Origin: Candidatus Omnitrophota bacterium
GTDB lineage: Bacteria; Omnitrophota; Gorgyraeia; Aquiviventales; Aquiviventaceae
DNA length: 64,000 nucleotides
Assembly (NCBI GenBank): GCA_016192545.1
Contig: JACPTX010000028.1
Location: 8,686 to 72,685 of the forward strand
Direction: 5' to 3'
Below the pieces are notes generated by a model. It was not told the origin of the DNA. It did not search any database and saw only the letters and a list, made by a program, of their open reading frames with translations. Made by a program: the position numbers and the translations under genes. Shown in pieces: positions 60,684 to 64,000 of this stretch (position 1 is its first letter; every line of letters starts with the position of its first letter).

Positions 60684-60727
60684 AAAAGTGACAGTCACTT
60701 TTTCCCGAAAAAGTGACTGTCACTTTT
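60684..60727. repeat. tandem pair of 19-bp palindrome AAAAGTGAC(A/T)GTCACTTTT (motif 2), centres 25 bp apart
   Basis: Copies at 60684-60702 and 60709-60727, 20 nt after the clpC stop and 14 nt before the mlaE ATG. Confidence 0.6.
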
Positions 60728-60740
60728 CCTGTTGCCGCGG

Positions 60741-61538
60741 ATGAAAGTGTCCCGGATCGCCGTGCCCGTCGCCGTGGCGGGCGCCTGGATGGTGGAGCTG
60801 CTGGAATACGCCGGCCACCTGGGCCTCCTGCTGGTCCAGTCGGTGGGCGGGTGTTTCCTGCGGCCGCTGCGCGTCAAGTCGATAGGCTACGAGCTCCTGA
60901 AGATCGGCGCGCAGTCCTGGTTCATCGTCTCCCTCTCCTTGCTCTTCGTCGGGATGGTGCTCGCGTTCCAGAGCGCCTACCAGATGAAGCGGCTGGCCGC
61001 GGAAATCTACATCGCCAGCCTCGTGTCGCTCTCGGTGGTGCGCGAGATCGGGCCGGTCATCACCGCCCTCATCGTCGCCGGCCGCGTCGGCTCGGCGATC
61101 GCCGCGGAGCTGGGCACGATGAAGGTGACCGAGCAGATCGACGCGCTGGTGACGCTGGCCACCGATCCGGTCCGCTACCTGGTCGTGCCGCGCCTGCTGG
61201 CCGCGGTGGTGGCCTTGCCGCTCCTGACGCTGTGGGCGGATGCGGTCGGCATCCTGGGCGGGATGCTCGTGGGGACCATGAAGCTCAGCATCCTGCCGAG
61301 CCTGTACTGGAAGATGACGACGCTGCCGCTCGTGTTCAAGGATCTGGGCTCCGGGCTGCTCAAATCCCTTGTGTTCGCGGTCATCATCTGCGTGGTGAGC
61401 TGCCTGGAAGGGTTCCGCACGGAGGGCGGGGCGGAAGGGGTGGGCCGGGCGACGACGAAAGCCGTCGTGTCGTCGTTCATCCTGATCATCGCGGCCGACT
61501 GTTTCTTCACCGCGCTCTTCTACTTCGTCGGGCGATGA
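60741..61538 (+). CDS. mlaE: ABC transporter permease MlaE
   Basis: 265 aa, 5 TM helices, typical MlaE/TTG2B pattern (...GPVITALIVAGRVGSAIAAELGTMKVTEQIDAL...). Confidence 0.85.
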   Translation: MKVSRIAVPVAVAGAWMVELLEYAGHLGLLLVQSVGGCFLRPLRVKSIGYELLKIGAQSWFIVSLSLLFVGMVLAFQSAYQMKRLAAEIYIASLVSLSVVREIGPVITALIVAGRVGSAIAAELGTMKVTEQIDALVTLATDPVRYLVVPRLLAAVVALPLLTLWADAVGILGGMLVGTMKLSILPSLYWKMTTLPLVFKDLGSGLLKSLVFAVIICVVSCLEGFRTEGGAEGVGRATTKAVVSSFILIIAADCFFTALFYFVGR

Positions 61539-61542
61539 GCGC

Positions 61543-62367
61543 ATGATTGAGATCGCCGGCCTCACGAAGTCGTTCAACAGCCATCAGGTCCTCGACCGCC
61601 TGAGCCTCACCGTCAAGACGGGCGAGACCCTGGTCGTCATCGGGCGCTCCGGCTGCGGCAAGTCCGTCCTGCTGAAGCACATCATCGGGCTGATGAAGCC
61701 GCAGGAGGGCTCCATCATCATTGACGGGATCGACGTGACCAAGCTCTCGGGGCGCGCCTTGGACGTCCTGCGCAAGCGATTCGGCATGCTCTTCCAGGGC
61801 GCGGCCCTCTTCGACTCGCTGACGGTCTGGGAGAACGTGGGGTTCGCCCTGCACGAGCACACCTCGACGGAGGAGGCCGCGATCCGCGAGCGGGTGCGCG
61901 AGTGCCTGGCGCTCGTGGGGCTGGAGGGGGTGGAGGAGCTGATGCCCTCGGAGCTGTCCGGCGGGATGCGCAAGCGGGTGGGCCTGGCGCGCGCGATCGC
62001 GATGAACCCGGATATCATCCTGTACGATGAACCGACGACCGGGGTCGATCCCATCATGGGCGACGTCATCAACGACCTCATCATCGGCCTGCGGGACCGC
62101 ATGCGCGTCACCTCGGTCGTGGTGACGCACGACATGGCCAGCGCCTACAAGGTGGCGGATCGCATCGCCATGCTTTACAATGGGGGCATCGTGGAGGTCG
62201 GCAGCCCGGAGGAGATCCGGCAGTCCCGGAATCCCGTCGTGCAGCAGTTCATCCAAGGCAAGGCCGCGGGGCCGATCCAGGAGGGCCTGCCGGACCGCCG
62301 CATCCTGTCGCGCTGGCGCAAGCTGCCGTGGAAGAGCCAGCGGAATCCGGAGGAACCGGAAGTCTGA
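61543..62367 (+). CDS. mlaF: ABC transporter ATP-binding protein MlaF
   Basis: Walker A (GRSGCGKSV), signature (LSGGMRKRVGLARAI), Walker B (IILYDEPTTGVD). Confidence 0.9.
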   Translation: MIEIAGLTKSFNSHQVLDRLSLTVKTGETLVVIGRSGCGKSVLLKHIIGLMKPQEGSIIIDGIDVTKLSGRALDVLRKRFGMLFQGAALFDSLTVWENVGFALHEHTSTEEAAIRERVRECLALVGLEGVEELMPSELSGGMRKRVGLARAIAMNPDIILYDEPTTGVDPIMGDVINDLIIGLRDRMRVTSVVVTHDMASAYKVADRIAMLYNGGIVEVGSPEEIRQSRNPVVQQFIQGKAAGPIQEGLPDRRILSRWRKLPWKSQRNPEEPEV

Positions 62368-63122
62368 TGGCACCACGCCGCGTGTCGCTCGAGATGAAAG
62401 TCGGGGCGTTCATCGTCACCGGCGTCGCCCTCCTCGTCTTCTTCCTCTTTGCCATCGGTGACCTCGCCACCTACCTGCAGCCGGGCTACTCCCTGCGGGT
62501 CCTGTTCGATTCGGCCAACGGGATCGGTGAGGGCTCCCCGGTGCAGTACGCCGGGGTGGAAGTCGGGAAGGTGGCCGTCGTCCGCATCGTGTATCCGGAC
62601 AACGGGCCGGTCCCCAAGGTCGAGCTGCTGGCGCGCCTGCCGCGCCATGTCAAGATCCGCAGCGACGACGAAGCGTCCATCAGCACCTTCGGACTCCTGG
62701 GGGAGAAGTATCTCGCGCTCATGCCGGGGCCCGGCGCGGGGGCCCTGCTCCAGTCGGGCGAGGTGCTGGTCGGCAAGCCGCCCGTGTCGACCGAGCAGGT
62801 CATCGAACGGTCCAACGAAGTCCTCTCGGAGCTCAAGCGCACCTTGGAGGGGCTGAACAATATCGTGGGGGATCCGGAAACTCGGACCAACCTGAAGGAA
62901 ACCCTGAACGAGGCCCGTGATGCCACGCGCAACTGGAAGATCCTCGGCCAGCGGTTGAACCTCGCCATGTCGCACGTCGAAGACGGCCAGGGCTCGGTGG
63001 GCAAGCTCCTCTATGACGAGGAGCTCTACCAGCGGATCGTGCTGTTCGTGGACGACCTCCGCTCGCATCCCTGGAAGCTGCTGATCCGTCCTCCAAAGAC
63101 CCAACAGAAATCAACGCGTTGA
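62367..63122 (+). CDS. mlaD: MCE-domain periplasmic substrate-binding protein MlaD
   Basis: N-terminal TM helix then MCE domain (...YSLRVLFDSANGIGEGSPVQYAGVEVGKVAVV...). Start ATG overlaps the mlaF stop (TGATG). Confidence 0.8.
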   Translation: MAPRRVSLEMKVGAFIVTGVALLVFFLFAIGDLATYLQPGYSLRVLFDSANGIGEGSPVQYAGVEVGKVAVVRIVYPDNGPVPKVELLARLPRHVKIRSDDEASISTFGLLGEKYLALMPGPGAGALLQSGEVLVGKPPVSTEQVIERSNEVLSELKRTLEGLNNIVGDPETRTNLKETLNEARDATRNWKILGQRLNLAMSHVEDGQGSVGKLLYDEELYQRIVLFVDDLRSHPWKLLIRPPKTQQKSTR

Positions 63123-63185
63123 AGGCGTTCTAGGCTCTAGGTTGAAGGCTCTAGGCCTGGAGCCTTGAGCCTCGAACCTCGAGCG
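63119..63185. repeat. palindromic heptamer-array element (GTTGAAG/GTTCTAG/GCTCTAG x5 / CTGGAGC/CTTGAGC/CTCGAAC/CTCGAGC x4), intergenic mlaD-radA
   Basis: Begins within the mlaD stop codon (TGA 63120-63122) and ends 8 nt before the radA ATG (63194). Same heptamer families as the in-frame copies. Confidence 0.55.
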
Positions 63186-63193
63186 AGTTTGTC

Positions 63194-64000
63194 ATGCCGA
63201 AGCTCAAGACCCTCTTCATCTGCCAGCAGTGCGGGTCCCAGTCCGTCAAATGGCTGGGCCGCTGCCCATCCTGCGACGCCTGGGGCTCCCTCGTCGAGGA
63301 AGTCGTTGACGAGGGCCCGCGGACCGCCACCCTGCCGGCCGAGGCCGCCGCGCCGACGCCCTTGGCCGACGTGACCTTCGATGACACCGCCCGCATTCCG
63401 AGCGGCATCGGGGAGCTGGACCGCGTGCTGGGGGGAGGCCTGGTCCCCGGCTCGGTGACGCTCGTCGGCGGGGAGCCCGGCATCGGGAAGTCCACGCTGC
63501 TGCTGTCGATGGCCGGCCGCTTGAGCGCCGCCGGCATCCGCGTCCTGTACGTCAGCGGCGAGGAGAGCCTGCGCCAGACCAAGCTGCGCGCGGTCCGGCT
63601 GGGATTCGCGTCGTCGGCCATGCAGCTGCTGGCGCACACCCAGCTGGACGCGGTCGAAGAGGCGCTGCGCAACGTCTCGCCGCAGGCCGCCATCGTCGAC
63701 TCGATTCAGGTGATGGAATCGGCGGACCTGGGCTCCGCGCCCGGCTCCATCAGCCAGGTGCGCGCCTGCGCCCATGCGCTGGTGCGCATCGCGAAGACGT
63801 CCGGCTGCGCGCTCTTGCTCGTCGGGCATGTGACGAAGGACGGCTTCTTGGCCGGTCCGAAGGTGCTGGAGCATCTCGTGGATACGGTGCTGTATTTCGA
63901 CGGGGAGCCGACGAGCGGCTTCCGGCTGCTGCGCAGCCTGAAGAACCGGTTCGGCGCGACGCATGAGCTGGGCGTCTTCCACATGACCTCCGAGGGGCTC
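63194..64000 (+). CDS. radA: DNA repair protein RadA/Sms (N-terminal part; runs off window end)
   Basis: Zinc ribbon (CQQCGSQSVKWLGRCPSCDAWG) then RecA-like Walker A (GGEPGIGKSTLLL) and a KNRFG motif; not in the ORF track because the frame is open at the window end. Confidence 0.9.
   Translation, partial: MPKLKTLFICQQCGSQSVKWLGRCPSCDAWGSLVEEVVDEGPRTATLPAEAAAPTPLADVTFDDTARIPSGIGELDRVLGGGLVPGSVTLVGGEPGIGKSTLLLSMAGRLSAAGIRVLYVSGEESLRQTKLRAVRLGFASSAMQLLAHTQLDAVEEALRNVSPQAAIVDSIQVMESADLGSAPGSISQVRACAHALVRIAKTSGCALLLVGHVTKDGFLAGPKVLEHLVDTVLYFDGEPTSGFRLLRSLKNRFGATHELGVFHMTSEGL

Overview
This is a high-GC (~67-68%) window from a diderm bacterium, dense with housekeeping genes, mostly on the + strand. 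Outer-membrane biogenesis genes include BamD-like, LptE-like, LolE/LolD, Lnt, MlaDEF, TatA and MurJ. Recognisable housekeeping genes are htpX, class II RNR nrdJ, dcd, an Ogg-type glycosylase, a disrupted gpmA, a folate cluster (pabB-pabC-purH-folC), accA, tRNA-Leu(CAA) and tRNA-Ala(GGC) flanking an SPFH/NfeD pair, nfo, leuS, comEA, uvrD, comEC, holA, rpsT, uvrC, an MGMT-family protein, prfB with its programmed +1 frameshift, secA, lysS, ilvE, mcsA-mcsB-clpC and partial radA. No transposase, integrase or CRISPR array is visible. The unusual content is mostly non-coding. (1) A perfect 19-bp AT-rich palindrome AAAAGTGAC-N-GTCACTTTT occurs as tandem pairs at three gene 3' ends. (2) A family of ~60-80-bp palindromic elements built from tandem heptamers (GTTCAAG/CTTGAAC type) is inserted in-frame in secA, lnt and lysS and once intergenically. 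(3) A GC-rich palindrome GG(G/T)GTCTGAC(C/A)CC sits immediately downstream of -10 boxes of the htpX and mcsAB-clpC operons and at several other sites, suggesting a stress regulon operator. (4) An operon of two Ddl-family ATP-grasp ligases plus a KamA-family aminomutase is preceded by a leader ending in a terminator-like hairpin. Two genes (gpmA, lolE) are frameshifted. All functional assignments are by eye from motifs and family resemblance; no searches were run.
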